DNA of 64,000 nucleotides from Alphaproteobacteria bacterium (GCA_965243135.1 OZ251539.1:384001-448000); one strand, 5' to 3'; positions 29,237 through 40,949 are shown, numbered from the stretch's first letter. Numbers and translations are program-made. The notes: generated by a model not told the origin, from the letters alone.

Positions 29237-29653
29237 ATGCCCGAGGCCCGGTTCCGGCGGACGATGCCCGGCGGTCCTTCGCATTGGCGCATGGCTTCGG
29301 CTGCATGGTTGATCGCGGGTATCGGTCTGACGTTTTCCCTGGCGGTTATGGCGGATCCCGCGATGCCGCCGCCAACCCGCGGTTTGCCGATGGGCGACGC
29401 TGCGGCTTCCGTCGCGGCGAGCCTCGAAAAGGTCGATCTCCTGCTCTCGGAGATCGAGGCGCGTATTGGCAGCGCGCGCCGTCAGGCGCAGAACCTGCTT
29501 GACCGCGCCGACGCCGCTCAAGACCCTGACGAGCAGTCGCGCTTGGAGGAACTGCACGGGAGGTTCACGGCGGTAGCGGAGAGGCTTGAGGATCAGAGGT
29601 CGCGATTGCAGGAAACGCGCGAAGAACTGATCGCCGCCGGAATGCGCCCGTGA
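29237..29653 (+). CDS. Small exported helical protein
   Basis: Hydrophobic leader and coiled coil; GTGA overlap with the next gene. Start uncertain. Confidence 0.6.
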   Translation: MPEARFRRTMPGGPSHWRMASAAWLIAGIGLTFSLAVMADPAMPPPTRGLPMGDAAASVAASLEKVDLLLSEIEARIGSARRQAQNLLDRADAAQDPDEQSRLEELHGRFTAVAERLEDQRSRLQETREELIAAGMRP

Positions 29654-30423
29654 CCCCGAACCCCGGGGCGGCGGCGGAAATCGCCTTTGCTCATTTCGCT
29701 CGCAACGCGGCGCGCCGCCATGTGATGCCGCCCCTTATCCTGTCTGTCGCAGTTTCGACGGCGGCCGTCGCCACGTTTCTGTCGGCGCATGGAGAGATCC
29801 CGCCTTTCGCCGACCGCTTCATCGGAAATGAATTCAGCCGCGTCATGGCGATCCTGTTTCTGGCGGCGGTGTTTTACGGAGCGTTGCAGTTCGCAGGCCT
29901 TGCGTTGGATCGGAAGCGGCTGCGGTCACTCGAACGTCCGTCGGACGGCGGTTGCTGGTTTGCCGTGTTCGCCGGACGTCCGTCCCGTCGACCTTCCCTC
30001 GAGGCCGACTGGGCGCGCGCGATGCCGAACGCCGCGGAGGATGTTGCCGACCGGTTCAGGTATCAGCTGGAGCGGTACTCCGATAACGGCCTGTTGCCGC
30101 TGCGCTTTGCAGTCTGGGTGTTGCCGCTGCTGGGTTTCATCGGCACTGTGGTCGGGGTCGCGCGGGCCATCGTCGGGCTGGAAACGGTCATCGCAACCGG
30201 CAGCCGTTCGACCGATGGCCTGCTGACCGTGCTTGGCGGACTGCAGTTCGCCTTCGATACGACGCTGCTCGGCCTTGCGGCCGTCATCCCGGTTATGCTC
30301 ATGCAGATGTTCCTGGAAAGCAGGGGGAGCGATCTCGCCGAGGAAGGGTACCGCGGCGTACTGGCTTTCTTCGCGCAGGCGACGCTGCCGTCCGAGGGAC
30401 GGAGCGCAACGGTTCGGCGATGA
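29650..30423 (+). CDS. MotA/TolQ/ExbB proton-channel family protein
   Basis: WVLPLLGFIGTVVG...GLQFAFDTTLLGL. Confidence 0.85.
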   Translation: MTPNPGAAAEIAFAHFARNAARRHVMPPLILSVAVSTAAVATFLSAHGEIPPFADRFIGNEFSRVMAILFLAAVFYGALQFAGLALDRKRLRSLERPSDGGCWFAVFAGRPSRRPSLEADWARAMPNAAEDVADRFRYQLERYSDNGLLPLRFAVWVLPLLGFIGTVVGVARAIVGLETVIATGSRSTDGLLTVLGGLQFAFDTTLLGLAAVIPVMLMQMFLESRGSDLAEEGYRGVLAFFAQATLPSEGRSATVRR

Positions 30424-30914
30424 GCGTCGCGGAAACTGGCGGCCGGATCCGTTTCGGGGCGCGGCGCCGCGGCGGGCGCATGGGCGCGGTCGTAAGCCTT
30501 CTCCCTTTTCTCGATATCGTTTTCGGCATGATCGGCGTCTTCATCGTCGTCTTCGCGCTTCAGAATATTGTCGAGGACGGTGCGCCGCCGAGCGTAGACA
30601 GCATCGTGACTTGCGTTGAAGAAGGTCGCCTGACCGCTTACTGGCCGGGCGGAGAGATCGCAGGCGTTTCCACGTCCGATCGCAGCTTCGAACTTCTGCG
30701 GAGCCTGGCGGAAGACGGCCGGCCTTTTCGCAGCCTCATTCTCGCGGTTGGTCCGGAATGCGCCCGCCAAGCGTTCATGGAGGGCTTTGAACGGTATCTG
30801 CAGGCTGCGGTACGAGACGAACGGCGGCCCGTCGGACTGCTGCTTGAGCTTTACCCTGTCGGCGGTGCGGCCGGGGCGGCGGCGTTGCTCGAGGAGTGGC
30901 GCGGCGAGCGATGA
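30420..30914 (+). CDS. ExbD/TolR-like protein
   Basis: SLLPFLDIVFGMIGVFIV: TM segment with the conserved Asp; ATGA overlaps at both ends. Confidence 0.65.
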   Translation: MSVAETGGRIRFGARRRGGRMGAVVSLLPFLDIVFGMIGVFIVVFALQNIVEDGAPPSVDSIVTCVEEGRLTAYWPGGEIAGVSTSDRSFELLRSLAEDGRPFRSLILAVGPECARQAFMEGFERYLQAAVRDERRPVGLLLELYPVGGAAGAAALLEEWRGER

Positions 30915-31537
30915 AAACGTTCGACGCGAGCTTTCTCGATGTTGCGACCAACGCGCTGGCGATCGTGGTCATCGTGACCATGTTCGCCTTGTTGACGGTC
31001 AAGCCCGAGACCGGAACCGTCCGCGATCCGCGCTTTGCGGAGGACGAAGGCCTGAAACTGCGCACGCAGTTGCAGCTGCCGGAACGCCCGTTCCACGACT
31101 ACTATTTCGTGTTCGACGGACGGATCGTTAGATGGGAACAGGAACGTTACGTCGAACGGTTGATCGCGGACGGCCTGCGCGATGCGATCGATCTGCCCGG
31201 CGGCAAGCTGCGCGTGAGCGCCGTGCTGGAGCCTCGCGATCCGGATTCCTTTACGGCGAGTTTCTTTCCCGACTTTTCGGCAATGAGGTCGCGCGGGATC
31301 GAGATAACGCCGGGCACCGTGGATGTCCTCTCGGCGCAAATCTCGCATCGCCAGAAAGAGCGCGGGTTGGCTCCAAATTTCGTCGTCTATTCCTCGGGGA
31401 TGGAGGCCTTCGCGACGCTTTACCGCAAGCTGCGAAACGAGCCGATCTGGCTCCGTTGGTTTCTGTGGACGGAAGACGAACCGCTCAGGATCGAGCGAAG
31501 GGTCAAGCACTTTGCTCGTTACGAGTACGATTTTTAG
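30911..31537 (+). CDS. Second ExbD-like single-pass membrane protein
   Basis: SFLDVATNALAIVVIVTM: TM segment with Asp. Confidence 0.55.
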   Translation: MKTFDASFLDVATNALAIVVIVTMFALLTVKPETGTVRDPRFAEDEGLKLRTQLQLPERPFHDYYFVFDGRIVRWEQERYVERLIADGLRDAIDLPGGKLRVSAVLEPRDPDSFTASFFPDFSAMRSRGIEITPGTVDVLSAQISHRQKERGLAPNFVVYSSGMEAFATLYRKLRNEPIWLRWFLWTEDEPLRIERRVKHFARYEYDF

Positions 31538-31541
31538 CACG

Positions 31542-32510
31542 ATGCAGAGCGTTGCCGGAACCCGGATGGTTGCATCTGCCTTGATGCTGGGGCTGATGCT
31601 TTTCATCGGCATAATCGTCTTCCGTCCGCCGGACGCTTCATGCGCGGACGACGCGGCGCAGGCCGCATCCGGGAACGACACCGACCTTCAAGTCGCGCTT
31701 GATGCCTGGACGAGAATGTGGGCCGAGTTCGACAAGGAAGGCCTTTCGGCGCTGGATCCGAACTTGCGCGTCGCGGGCGCCCGTTTCGCTGGCGACACGT
31801 GCGGGATGCGATATCGCCGCCTTTATCGTGGCGTTGATCACGCGATACGCGAACAACTGGCGATCGCCGCGTTCGCCAACGATCCCGATACGAAGCAGCG
31901 CATCCTGCGGCAATCGCTGTCGGAATCGTCCAACGCGCAGATCCGGGCGCGCATTGCCGTCGAACTGGCCAGAGTTGCGGCGCGGCGCGGCGATTCGGTC
32001 GCCGCGGAAGTTGCCCTTCGGCAAGCGGCCGAACAGGCGCTGCCGCCGCCGTGCGAAGCCGACATCCATTATCTGCAAGGACGCATCGCCCTCCATCGGG
32101 GCAATCCGCGAGAGGCCCTCGAAGCTCTGGCCGCCGCCACGGCCCTGGACCCCGGCTACTGGAACGCCTGGCGCGATCAGATCCCGGCGCTTATACGCTT
32201 GTTGCGGGAGCCAGGGATGCGTCCGGCAGACTGCCTCGACAGGACGCGCCGTCTGATCCGAGCGCTCGGACTGCTTCCGCAGCTTGCCAATGACACACGC
32301 CAGTTCTCTATGCTGGCGCTTTCGCTTGAGCGGCACGATCCGCATCGTTCGGCGACCCTTCTTGCCTTGGGGCTTACTTGGTCGTGGGCGGGTCAAGAGC
32401 AATACGCTCGTGGCGTTCTCTTTCGCGCGCTGGAGGCGCCCGAAGCGTTGCCCGACGTTTGCGAACATGCAATTCGGTCGAGGGTCACGGCCGCCTTGGA
32501 GGGCACATGA
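31542..32510 (+). CDS. Membrane-anchored TPR-like protein
   Basis: N-terminal TM; ADIHYLQGRIALHRGNPREALEALAAATALDP. Confidence 0.65.
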   Translation: MQSVAGTRMVASALMLGLMLFIGIIVFRPPDASCADDAAQAASGNDTDLQVALDAWTRMWAEFDKEGLSALDPNLRVAGARFAGDTCGMRYRRLYRGVDHAIREQLAIAAFANDPDTKQRILRQSLSESSNAQIRARIAVELARVAARRGDSVAAEVALRQAAEQALPPPCEADIHYLQGRIALHRGNPREALEALAAATALDPGYWNAWRDQIPALIRLLREPGMRPADCLDRTRRLIRALGLLPQLANDTRQFSMLALSLERHDPHRSATLLALGLTWSWAGQEQYARGVLFRALEAPEALPDVCEHAIRSRVTAALEGT

Positions 32511-32559
32511 AGCCGGAAGCAATGGAGCTTTCGGCGCTTGGGTTCGGTGCGGCGGCAAC

Positions 32560-33201
32560 ATGACGAACGGCAACCGAGAAAGATCGCTTTCTTCGGGGAC
32601 GGGGGCCGGACTGGCCTGCCTTTTCGCGGTTGTCGCCGTGATGTGGGCGAGGGAGGCGAATCCCGGTGCGCAGAACGCTGAAGCTTGGGGAGCTTTGTGG
32701 GTTTACGCTTTGGCTCTCGTCATCGAATGGCGACGCTCTGGAATTGAAGCGGCTGCCAGGCGCGCCTTGTTCAGCGTAGTCTTGGCGGCGGGAGGCGTGT
32801 CGCTCGTCGGCGTCTGTCTCCTCGCTTGGGGATATGCCGTTCCGGCGACAGCGTGCACCAACCTTGCGATCGCCCCGGCCTCACCAGCCGTGGCGGCCGT
32901 AGCCGGTTTGGGGCTGGCGTTGCTTCCGCTGGCTGGGGTAGCTTGCTTCGGAACCGCGGTTCCGCCGCTTTCCGCAGCAGCAGCCTGCGTCGTCGCGGCT
33001 GTCTGGATGCAACCCGCCTTGCCGCCGTTGGCGTGGTTGCCGATCTCTCCGGTCGCGGGCGCGGCGCTGGCCGGAACCTTGGTCGCAGCGACCATGATCG
33101 TTGGATGCACGGCGGCCAGAGGGGCGTTCGCGGCTATCGGCGGGCTGACGGTCTATTTTGCGATGAGCGTGGGTGGTGCCATGCTGCTCGGAAGGTTGTG
33201 A
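32560..33201 (+). CDS. Polytopic membrane protein
   Basis: Several hydrophobic segments; its 3' part is duplicated at about 38595-39020. Confidence 0.6.
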   Translation: MTNGNRERSLSSGTGAGLACLFAVVAVMWAREANPGAQNAEAWGALWVYALALVIEWRRSGIEAAARRALFSVVLAAGGVSLVGVCLLAWGYAVPATACTNLAIAPASPAVAAVAGLGLALLPLAGVACFGTAVPPLSAAAACVVAAVWMQPALPPLAWLPISPVAGAALAGTLVAATMIVGCTAARGAFAAIGGLTVYFAMSVGGAMLLGRL

Positions 33202-33612
33202 GGGGCGGTAGCGAACGAGGTTCGAATCGCGGATCACGCAGGCGCGTTGACCGCGGCAATTCCTTCCCCCTATCAACTCCGAAGCGGCAGCTTTCCGCAG
33301 CCACGTCAGCGAGCAGGGTGAAAACTGGTGTAGGCCAACTTGCATGGCCCGTTGAATAAAACGAATCGGCACCGAGAGTTAAGCATGGGCACATGACAGT
33401 TTTTCATTTGTCCCGAGATCGCTTGCCGCGATCTCGCTTCGCGGGTGTTGAGTCTATCGTTGCAGGCGATGGAGGCGGATTTATTCGAAATGTTCGCCGA
33501 GCAGCCACGCCTCGGCAATCATTCTGGTGCGCGCCAGGCACAGCTGGAAATTGTCGAAAATCGAAAAACTGCTCGACAAGATTCGTACCGCGCTGGTCTA
33601 GGGCCGCCGGAG

Positions 33613-35160
33613 GGGTGTGAATCTCATATTGCCAAAGTCAAGTTTTCCATTGTCAGGCTGCGATGGCCTCCTGATCGTCGTTCGCGATGCTTGCTCCGAC
33701 CATTGCTTGCCATGCCGAATCGGTCTGACTTTATCAATGCCCTGAAGGTGAGGACGTTCTGACCGCATGCTCCAACGCGCCCGTTTCATGCGCTGGTTGA
33801 CCAGCACCTTGTTGGCGGCTTCGACAACACCCGACCCGATCGTGTAACCCATGGCATTCAGGGCCGCGTAACGCATGCGGCGCCTGTGCTTCTGGAAAAA
33901 CCTGAGTTCGCGTTCGAGATCCTTGAGTGCCGTCGCAGTCGTCGCCTTGTCGCGAAGATGGCGGATCGCCCGAATGACCTACCGTTGGCATCGTCGCGCA
34001 GGATGGCACGGTACTTGTCGTACCAATCGGTTGCGACGGTCGGCGACGTCGCTGAGATGTTCGCATGCATGGAAGAAACGCCCGCTCGTCGGGCTGAAGC
34101 CTCTCAAGAAACGTCCAGTTGTCGGCTGCGGCGTCGGCGACGAGTTGAAGATCGGGTCTCACTTTCCGGATGTGGGCGACCTCTTCCGCGATCTGCGCTT
34201 TCAGCGTTACCTTGCCGGCTTCCGGCATAAAAATACAATGTTTCCAAGCGATTGCCGTCCGCGTCATGGAAACTGACCGTCCCGCAAGACGCTTCGCGCC
34301 AGCATGCTTCTTCGCGCCCGTTGGGGCGAAGCGCAACCCCATCGAGCGAGACAGCGAAAGAAACCGCCTCCGTCGGCACCGGTTTCGCCTTCCGGATTTC
34401 GTCCATGGCCGCCTCGCCTTTCTCCTTCCAGAGATCGCCCGCCGTAACCAAAAGACGTTGCAGATGGCTCGTCGACGGGTTCATGCCCCCCAGTTTTTCG
34501 AAGAGTTTGACCGCGTCTCTCGGCGTACAGTGGTCCATGGAGAGCGCGGTAAGCGGCTGGAACCGTGAGATAACCGTCGACCAGCCCCAGGCTTTCATCG
34601 ACCGGCGGACGAACTTCCCGAATGCAACCGCGAGCGGGAGAACGTGACAGGACCGAACAATGTGTGGATGGTCTTTTGCGTCGGTGCAGCCCGGTAGAAA
34701 ACCTGACCCTCCCGGCGAACCGGGCCTTCCTCCACGTCCCGCGCTTCAATGTAATCGCCTACGGCCGCCCGGCAGATCGCGTAGGTATGCTGGAACAACT
34801 CGGTTTCGAAACCGGCGAACGCCTCGGAACCCTGATCTTGTCGTTCCACCCACTCGAAGGCTGCGGCTGACTGGAATGCCTCGGCAGTCGCCGCGGGGAG
34901 CTTCGAGAAGGACAAACCGGCCGAAGGCTGTAATGCTGGCATGGGAATGATGTTGTGGTGCCAACATTTTACCGCATCTTGCGGCTTGGAGCATTCCTTT
35001 TTTCGCCCCCCCCCCCCCCCCCGCCATCGTGACAAAATCCGCGCCCGGTTGTCACGAAATCGCTGATTTTGGCCTTGAAGCGCTATCGCGCAAACTTTGT
35101 TAATCCTTAAAAATCAACACCTTATAGATTTTTCAATTTGGCAATATCAGATTTGCACCC
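33613..35160 (-). mobile_element. ISKra4/ISLre2-like IS with frameshifted transposase
   Basis: TIRs GGGTGTGAATCTCATATTGCCAAA and GGGTGCAAATCTGATATTGCCAAA; 8-bp TSD CGCCGGAG at 33605-33612 and 35161-35168; motifs SLDGV, WREASCGTV, ADAAADNW, IGSGVVEAANK. Confidence 0.85.
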
Positions 35161-35263
35161 CGCCGGAGGCTCGTGATTTCGCGGTTGAGCCAGCGGCCCA
35201 AGGTCAGCAAACGCAAAGCGGCCGGCGCAAGGAACGCGTCGCCGACATGGAAATCCACTGCTA

Positions 35264-36482
35264 GTGCTTTATCAGAATATTATATTAGGATAAACTGATT
35301 TCAACTTGCAACGGGCGTCGTCGATTTTCATCTGCCAGTCCACGCCCCGCTGCCGCTCGTTGACGTCGACAGCCCACGCCGAGATTTCGGCCTGGAGGGT
35401 CTCGAGGTCGCCGAGCCGACGATGGCGCAGGCACTGCCGGGTCATGGAGCTGAGTTCGTTCTCCGCGATGTTCAGCCAACTCCCATGCTTCGGCGTGTAG
35501 CAGAACTCGATTCGCTTGACCAACTTCCGTGCCCGCTCGGGTTCGAACGCCTCGTAGAAAGCTCCTGGCGTATGGGTGTTGAGGTTGTCGCACACGAGGG
35601 TGACCTTCTCGCAGTCCGCGTAGCGGCCCTCCAGCAGGTCGGCGACTTCCTCGGCCCAGTCCACTTTCGTCCTGCGCTTGCGCGCTGTCGCCCGTCGCCA
35701 GGAGGACAGGGCCTCGCAGAACATGAAGATCGACGCGGTGCCCGCCCGTTCGTACTCGTAGTCGACGCGTCGCGGATGATCTTTGGTGGCGGGAATCGGC
35801 ACGCGCGTTTCCTTGATGAGCTGCACGGGTTGCTCGTCCATGCAGACCACCGGACGCTCGAGATCGTAAGGTTTTTCATATGTTTCAAGCACTTGTTCCA
35901 TGTGCGCGGCAAACTCCGCATCGCCGTCGGGCGGAATCACCCAGTGCTGGACTTTCCTTTTGCAGGAGAAGCCGTTTTTTTTAGCGTCTGTCGCACCGTT
36001 TCATAGCTTATGGAGTCCACGATCCCCAATTCCACCACCTTCCCGGCCAGCAACCGCAACGACCAGTTGGCGTACCCTTTCGGGGGATCCCCCTGACGCA
36101 AGGCAATGACCTTGGCCTCCGCCTCGCCGTCGAGAATCTTCGGTCTCGGCGGCGTCTCCCGCCGCTTCCGCTCCAGCGCCCGCCCCTCCCTCGACAAAAT
36201 TCTGGCGGATGTTCTCCACCGTCTTCGTCCGACACGAGAACGCCTCCGCGATCTTCCGGTCGGTCCACGCCGGCCCGTCGGCGTCGGTCTTCAACAGAAT
36301 CTGGGCGCGGCGAACCCTCTCGCTGCTCCCCTTCAGCCTGCGGATCGTTTCGTGGCAGGTCTCCCGTTCCTCGGCCGTCAGCCGGACGATGTACTTCTTG
36401 TGCATGAAAGCACGTAGCCTACGTTAGCTACTCGATAGCAAATACTGTATAAAAAATCTAATTTTTTATTTGGATAAAGCAC
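35264..36482 (-). mobile_element. IS630-family element
   Basis: TIR GTGCTTTATC/GATAAAGCAC flanked by TA. Transposase lies in pieces over 36405-35272 (MHKKYIVRLT, CMDEQP, DYEYERAG, CDNLNTH, YTPKHGSWLNIAE) with an A-rich slippery site near 35980 and one extra frameshift. Confidence 0.92.
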
Positions 36483-37065
36483 TAGACTGTCCTGTTGCCG
36501 CCGCCGTGGGACCGCACCGAATTCCCGTCCGTTCACGTGAGCGAGCCGGAACCGCCTGAAGGTGCCAAACCGGTGGATCCTGATCACCACAGTCGCCATT
36601 TCCTCCGTGGATGACGCGTTGCAGGTCATAGCCTGGTACGCTTGGCGGATTGAAGATTGGCATCGTGCGTTGAAATCCAAGTGTGAAATCGAGGAGACAG
36701 GCCCCGCAGCCTGCCTCGAACGAGTGACCAACGCCGTCATCGCATGGCGCATCATGTTGATGATCCTGTTGGCCCGCAAGACACCGACAGCTCCTGACGA
36801 ACTCCTGTTTTTGGACTTGGAATCGCTCGTCATCTACGCAACGAAACTGCTGTCGGCGAGAAGGCACGGGAAAGGTTCCGCTGCAGGCGTTGCGACAGAA
36901 AAGCGCTAGCACGAGCGTTAATTGCGATGCGCTGGTGCGGGTCGACCGCGCAAGCTCGATGCTGCCCTACAACGCGGCGACTATGACCTCGAAGATTCCG
37001 CTTTCGCGATTGACGCCATGACATTGCGCGGGGCCGCCGATGACGAAGACACCAGATCCATGTCA

Positions 37066-37335
37066 TCAGCGTCGTCGGCCACTAAACGTCCTTCGCGCAT
37101 GTTCGGGAAAGGTCGGAAAGCCGCCGACCGGAGCGCCAACTGGCCCGCCCGGAGGCCGCTGCACGCGCCAGCTGCGTCTCTTCATCTCCGTGCAGAAGGG
37201 GCGATATGACCGCCCCGACCCGTTCGGCCGCAGCCTCCACGCCCTGTCCGCGACATGCGCATATCGAAGCGTCATCTGGACATTCTGGTGGTCGGCCAGG
37301 CGTGCCACCACCGGCAGCGGAATGCCTTGCACCAC
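37066..37335 (-). pseudogene. Tyrosine recombinase/integrase C-terminal fragment
   Basis: GIPLPVVARLADHQNVQMTLRYAHVAD (box II H...Y). Confidence 0.7.
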
Positions 37336-37548
37336 CGCATGGCTGGCAAAAGTATGCAGCAGATCGTGCAGACGGACATTCGAGTTGACGGGGGACTACT
37401 TGACAATGGCAACATCCCCTGCCAGACTTACCCTCCTTGTGATCGTGGTGGATCGAGAAGTTCCTTAGCCTTGATGACGGTCTGGAGTGGAAATGCCGCT
37501 CGCTGCTGCCCTAGACACCTTGACACTGAGTGAACATGGAGGCATGAC

Positions 37549-37893
37549 ATGTCTGAACAACCAAAGAAAAAACGCGGTTTGTGGTGGAAACTCCCAGCAA
37601 TCGGGGTAATCGTAATTGTAGCAGTTAGCATGCTCTCCGACAATGGTACCATTGAAACTTGTGATGATTTGGCTCCTCGTATCATTGACCTAAGTAAAGA
37701 ACAAAAAAATCCCTTCTCGCCATCGATACTAAAGATTTATGATATTACTGAGCAGGAAAAAACCGGAAATCAGATATTAAACTGCCATGGAAATGCTAAA
37801 CTAAGCCGGGGAGATCTAGATCCAAATGTGAATTTTTATCTGCAACAGGATGATGATGGTGATCGGTTTTTTGGCTACAATATCGAACGTTAA
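37549..37893 (+). CDS. Small AT-rich membrane-anchored hypothetical protein
   Basis: GGAGG RBS, TM segment, two Cys; composition distinct from flanks. Confidence 0.7.
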   Translation: MSEQPKKKRGLWWKLPAIGVIVIVAVSMLSDNGTIETCDDLAPRIIDLSKEQKNPFSPSILKIYDITEQEKTGNQILNCHGNAKLSRGDLDPNVNFYLQQDDDGDRFFGYNIER

Positions 37894-38169
37894 TAGAGGA
37901 TCTACTGAGGACATTGTTAAATGTTATGTTGCTGTCGATTCCTAATTTAACTCATGAATTAAACCTGAAGTGTAACAACCTATTCGTTAAGGTCAGTACG
38001 GTTGAAATTCTCAATAAATTTGTCGCGGAATGTGGTATCGAGATATTTTTATAGAACTCTGTTTTTGTTTCCGGATCGGGATTTTCGCCGTCAGGCGGCG
38101 TTCACCGCCTAATTGTCATTTGTGGCGTGCGTTCCGGTTATCGCTCGCTAGGCGGCGGCGAAGCGGCCC

Positions 38170-38582
38170 GACATTGCCCTAAAGGCGAGGATGTTCTGAC
38201 CGCCTTCGATGCTCCAGCACATGTCGGCCCGCTTCATGCGCTGGTTGATCAACACCTTGTTGACGGCTTCGATAACGCCCAACCCGATCATGTAACCGCT
38301 CAGGCCGCGTGGCGTATGCGGCGTTTGTGCTTCAAGAAAAACCTGAGCTCTCGTCGAGATCCTTGGGCACTGTCGCTGTCGTCACCTTGTCGCGGAGAGC
38401 GCACGGATGACCTTGTTGATGCCGTTGGCGTCGTCACGCAGGACAGCCCGGTACTTGTGGTAGTCAGTCGCGATGGCGTGAACGTCGCTGAGATGTTCGC
38501 ATGCAAAAAAAATCGGGCGGCTGTTCGTCGGGCCGAAGTCTCTCAAGAAACGTTCAATTGTCGGCTGCGGCATCAGCGACAA
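38170..38582 (-). pseudogene. Diverged remnant of the ISKra4-like transposase
   Basis: Aligns with about 33740-34140 (CEHLSDV...YRAVLRDDANGINKVIRAL; RELRFFLKHKRRIR). Confidence 0.75.
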
Positions 38583-38594
38583 CGTACAGCGTGT

Positions 38595-39020
38595 ACAGTG
38601 TGCGCCGACCTTGCGGTCGCCCCGGCGTCACCAGCCGTGGCGGCCGTGGATGCTTTGGAGCTGGCGTTGCTTCCGCTGGCTGGGTAGCTTGCTTCGGAAC
38701 CGCGGTTCCCCCTTTCCGTTGCAGCAGCCCGCGTCGTCGCGGCTGTCTGGTTGCAACCCGCCTTGCCGCCGTTGGCGTGGTTGCCGACCTTTCCGGTCGC
38801 GGGCGCGGCTCTGGCCGGAACCCCGGTCGCAGCGACCATGATCGTTGGATGCACGGCGGCCAGAGGGGCGTTCGCGGTTATCGGCGGGCTGACGGTCTAT
38901 TTTGCGATGAGCGTGGGTGGCGCCGTGCTCCTCGGAAGGTTGTGAGGGAGCGGTAGCGAACGAGGGTCGAACCGCGGACCGTGCTGGCACCGACGCTTCG
39001 ACCGCGGCAATTCCTTCCTT
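38595..39020 (+). repeat. Diverged direct duplicate of about 32850-33270
   Basis: Same sequence (QPALPPLAWLP...GGLTVYFAMSVGGA.LLGRL*) with indels. Confidence 0.85.
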
Positions 39021-39272
39021 CCGTTCCGTACAGCGGAGGAGATGTCTCCCGAGCCGATCGATCTTCCGCAACCAGGAGGCGCGGCAACCGCTGGGCAGGC
39101 GACAGGTTTCATCGGTCGGATGCGTTACGGAGATATGCCTGCGGCATCGGCGATCATCGCTTTCCGCAGCCGCCGCATCGGAATTCCGAACACGCGAAGC
39201 GTTATCTTTCTGTCGCCAAAGGCACGGGATTTTGCAATAATCCCCGTGCTACGATGGAGATGACGATAAGCT

Positions 39273-40804
39273 ATGCGGCGTTGTGCCCGTCACATGCTCG
39301 CGTTCTTTGCGGCCGCAGGCGCTGGTCTGTCGGTGGCTGCGTGGGCCGATCAAGCTGTCGATCTTGAGAACGAAATCGCCGCCGCTCTCCAACAGGCGCA
39401 GTCGGCGCTGGATCAGGAATCCGCACGGCTGGACGAACTGGCCGACCGGCAGAAACTCTTGGCGTTGCCCGACGGTACTCCCAGCGCCGCGCAGGCTGCA
39501 GCCAACATTCGTCTCTATGAAATAACAATCCGTGAACTTGAGGCGAGCTGGATTGCGCACCAGAAGTCGCTCACCGGCGCGCTGAACGGGCTCCGTCCGG
39601 AACTAGAGGCGCTAGTGAAACGCCTGTCCGGCTCCACCTCCATTTACGCGTCGGGCGAGAACTCCTTGGGATTAGACCGTAAGGACCGCGCCTCAATCCA
39701 GCGGGGATTAACGGCCCTCGGTTTCGATGCCGGTCCGTCGGACGGACTGTTCGGCAATCGGACTCGCTCGGCAATCCGCGGATGGCAGGCGGATACGGGT
39801 CATCAAGAAACCGGTTACCTTACGCGAGAGCAAGCCGACTCTCTGCTTTCCGCCGGACAGGAAGGGAGCGGAAGCGGCTCGTCCAGAACGCCTCCCGTGC
39901 AGCCGGAAGCCGAACCTGATCCTTCGACTCGAAGCATCCGTCGACCGGCTCATGGTCGCGAGGCTTCCTCCGAAGAGGCGGCGTTCGGAGTCGGCAAACT
40001 CTTCCGGGATTGTTCGGCTTGCCCGGAGATGGTCGTGATTCCGGCCGGTACGTTCCGAATGGGGTCCGCGCCGTCAGAGCATGGCCGCCGCAACAATGAG
40101 GGGCCCGTTCATTCCGTCAGTATTTCGCCTGCTCTCGCGGTCGGGGTCCATGAGGTGACGAAGCTTGAGTTCACCGCCTTCACTGCCGAAACCGGACACC
40201 GAACAGGAGATAGCTGTCTGATTCAGCTTGACAGGATGGAAGAGCGGCGAGGCAGGGGCTGGCGGAACCCTGGCTTTCCGGAGACGCATCGCAATCCGGT
40301 GGTATGCGTCAACTGGAGCGACGCGCAGGCTTACATAGAGTGGCTGCTCCAGAAAACCGGAGCCAGATACCGCCTGCTCACCGAATCGGAGTGGGAATAC
40401 GCGGCGCGGGCTGGAACGGAGATGCCTCGTTGGTGGGGCGATGCGTCGCAATGCAGCCATGCGAACGGAGCCGACAAGACCCATCCCGGAGCGGCGGGCG
40501 TCGACTGTCACGACGGGCATCGCTGGACAGCCCCGGCAGGCAGCTTTCGTGCCAGCCCTTGGGGCTTCACGATATGTTGGGAAACGTTTGGGAGTGGACG
40601 CAGGACTGTTGGAAGGACAGCTACCGGAATGCGTGGCCGGACGGCAGGGCTCGGGAAGAGCCGGATTGTTCCGGGCGCGTACTTCGCGGCGGTTCCTGGA
40701 ACCTCGATGCGGCCGGCCTGCGGGCCGCCAATCGTAGCTGGAGTTTCCATGAAGTCCGAAGCATCGATATCGGCTTTCGGGTTGCAAGGGATATATCGCA
40801 ATGA
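39273..40804 (+). CDS. Exported coiled-coil + peptidoglycan-binding + FGE-sulfatase (SUMF1) domain protein, frameshifted near 40560
   Basis: IQRGLTALGFDAGPSDGLFGNRTRSAIRGWQ; CPEMVVIPAGTFRMGS, RLLTESEWEYAARAG; continues in another frame as GLHDMLGNVWEW...RVLRGGSW...IGFRVAR. Confidence 0.85.
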
Positions 40805-40949
40805 CGTTGCGAGCGGCGATCAATGCGTGCAGGCGGTTGCGGGTTCCCGACCGCACGGAAGGCAATGTGCATTCGGGGACGGTTCGGTCGCTTGGTTCAT
40901 TTCGAGAGACATTCGGGGAACGGTTGCGATTTTCTGAAGAGGTTTCCGC

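Larger units (their letters stand above)
33400..36909 (+). pseudogene. Decayed IS4-family (IS50/Tn5-like) transposase split by two nested IS elements
   Basis: Fragments ILVRARH (about 33520), RLSQRPKVSKRK (about 35180) and WILITT.AISSVDDALQVIAWY.WRIEDWHRALKS.CEIEE (36562-36909). Ends approximate. Confidence 0.65.

Noticed and set aside
29650-31537. Zorya (zorAB) call
   Set aside because: No long ZorA tail, no OmpA-domain ZorB and no adjacent zorC/D/E.
35006-35022. Poly-C tract as a phase-variation switch
   Set aside because: It lies in the non-coding end of a dead IS and may be a sequencing artefact.
39273-40804. FGE-sulfatase domain as a DGR target
   Set aside because: No reverse transcriptase or template repeat was seen in the window.
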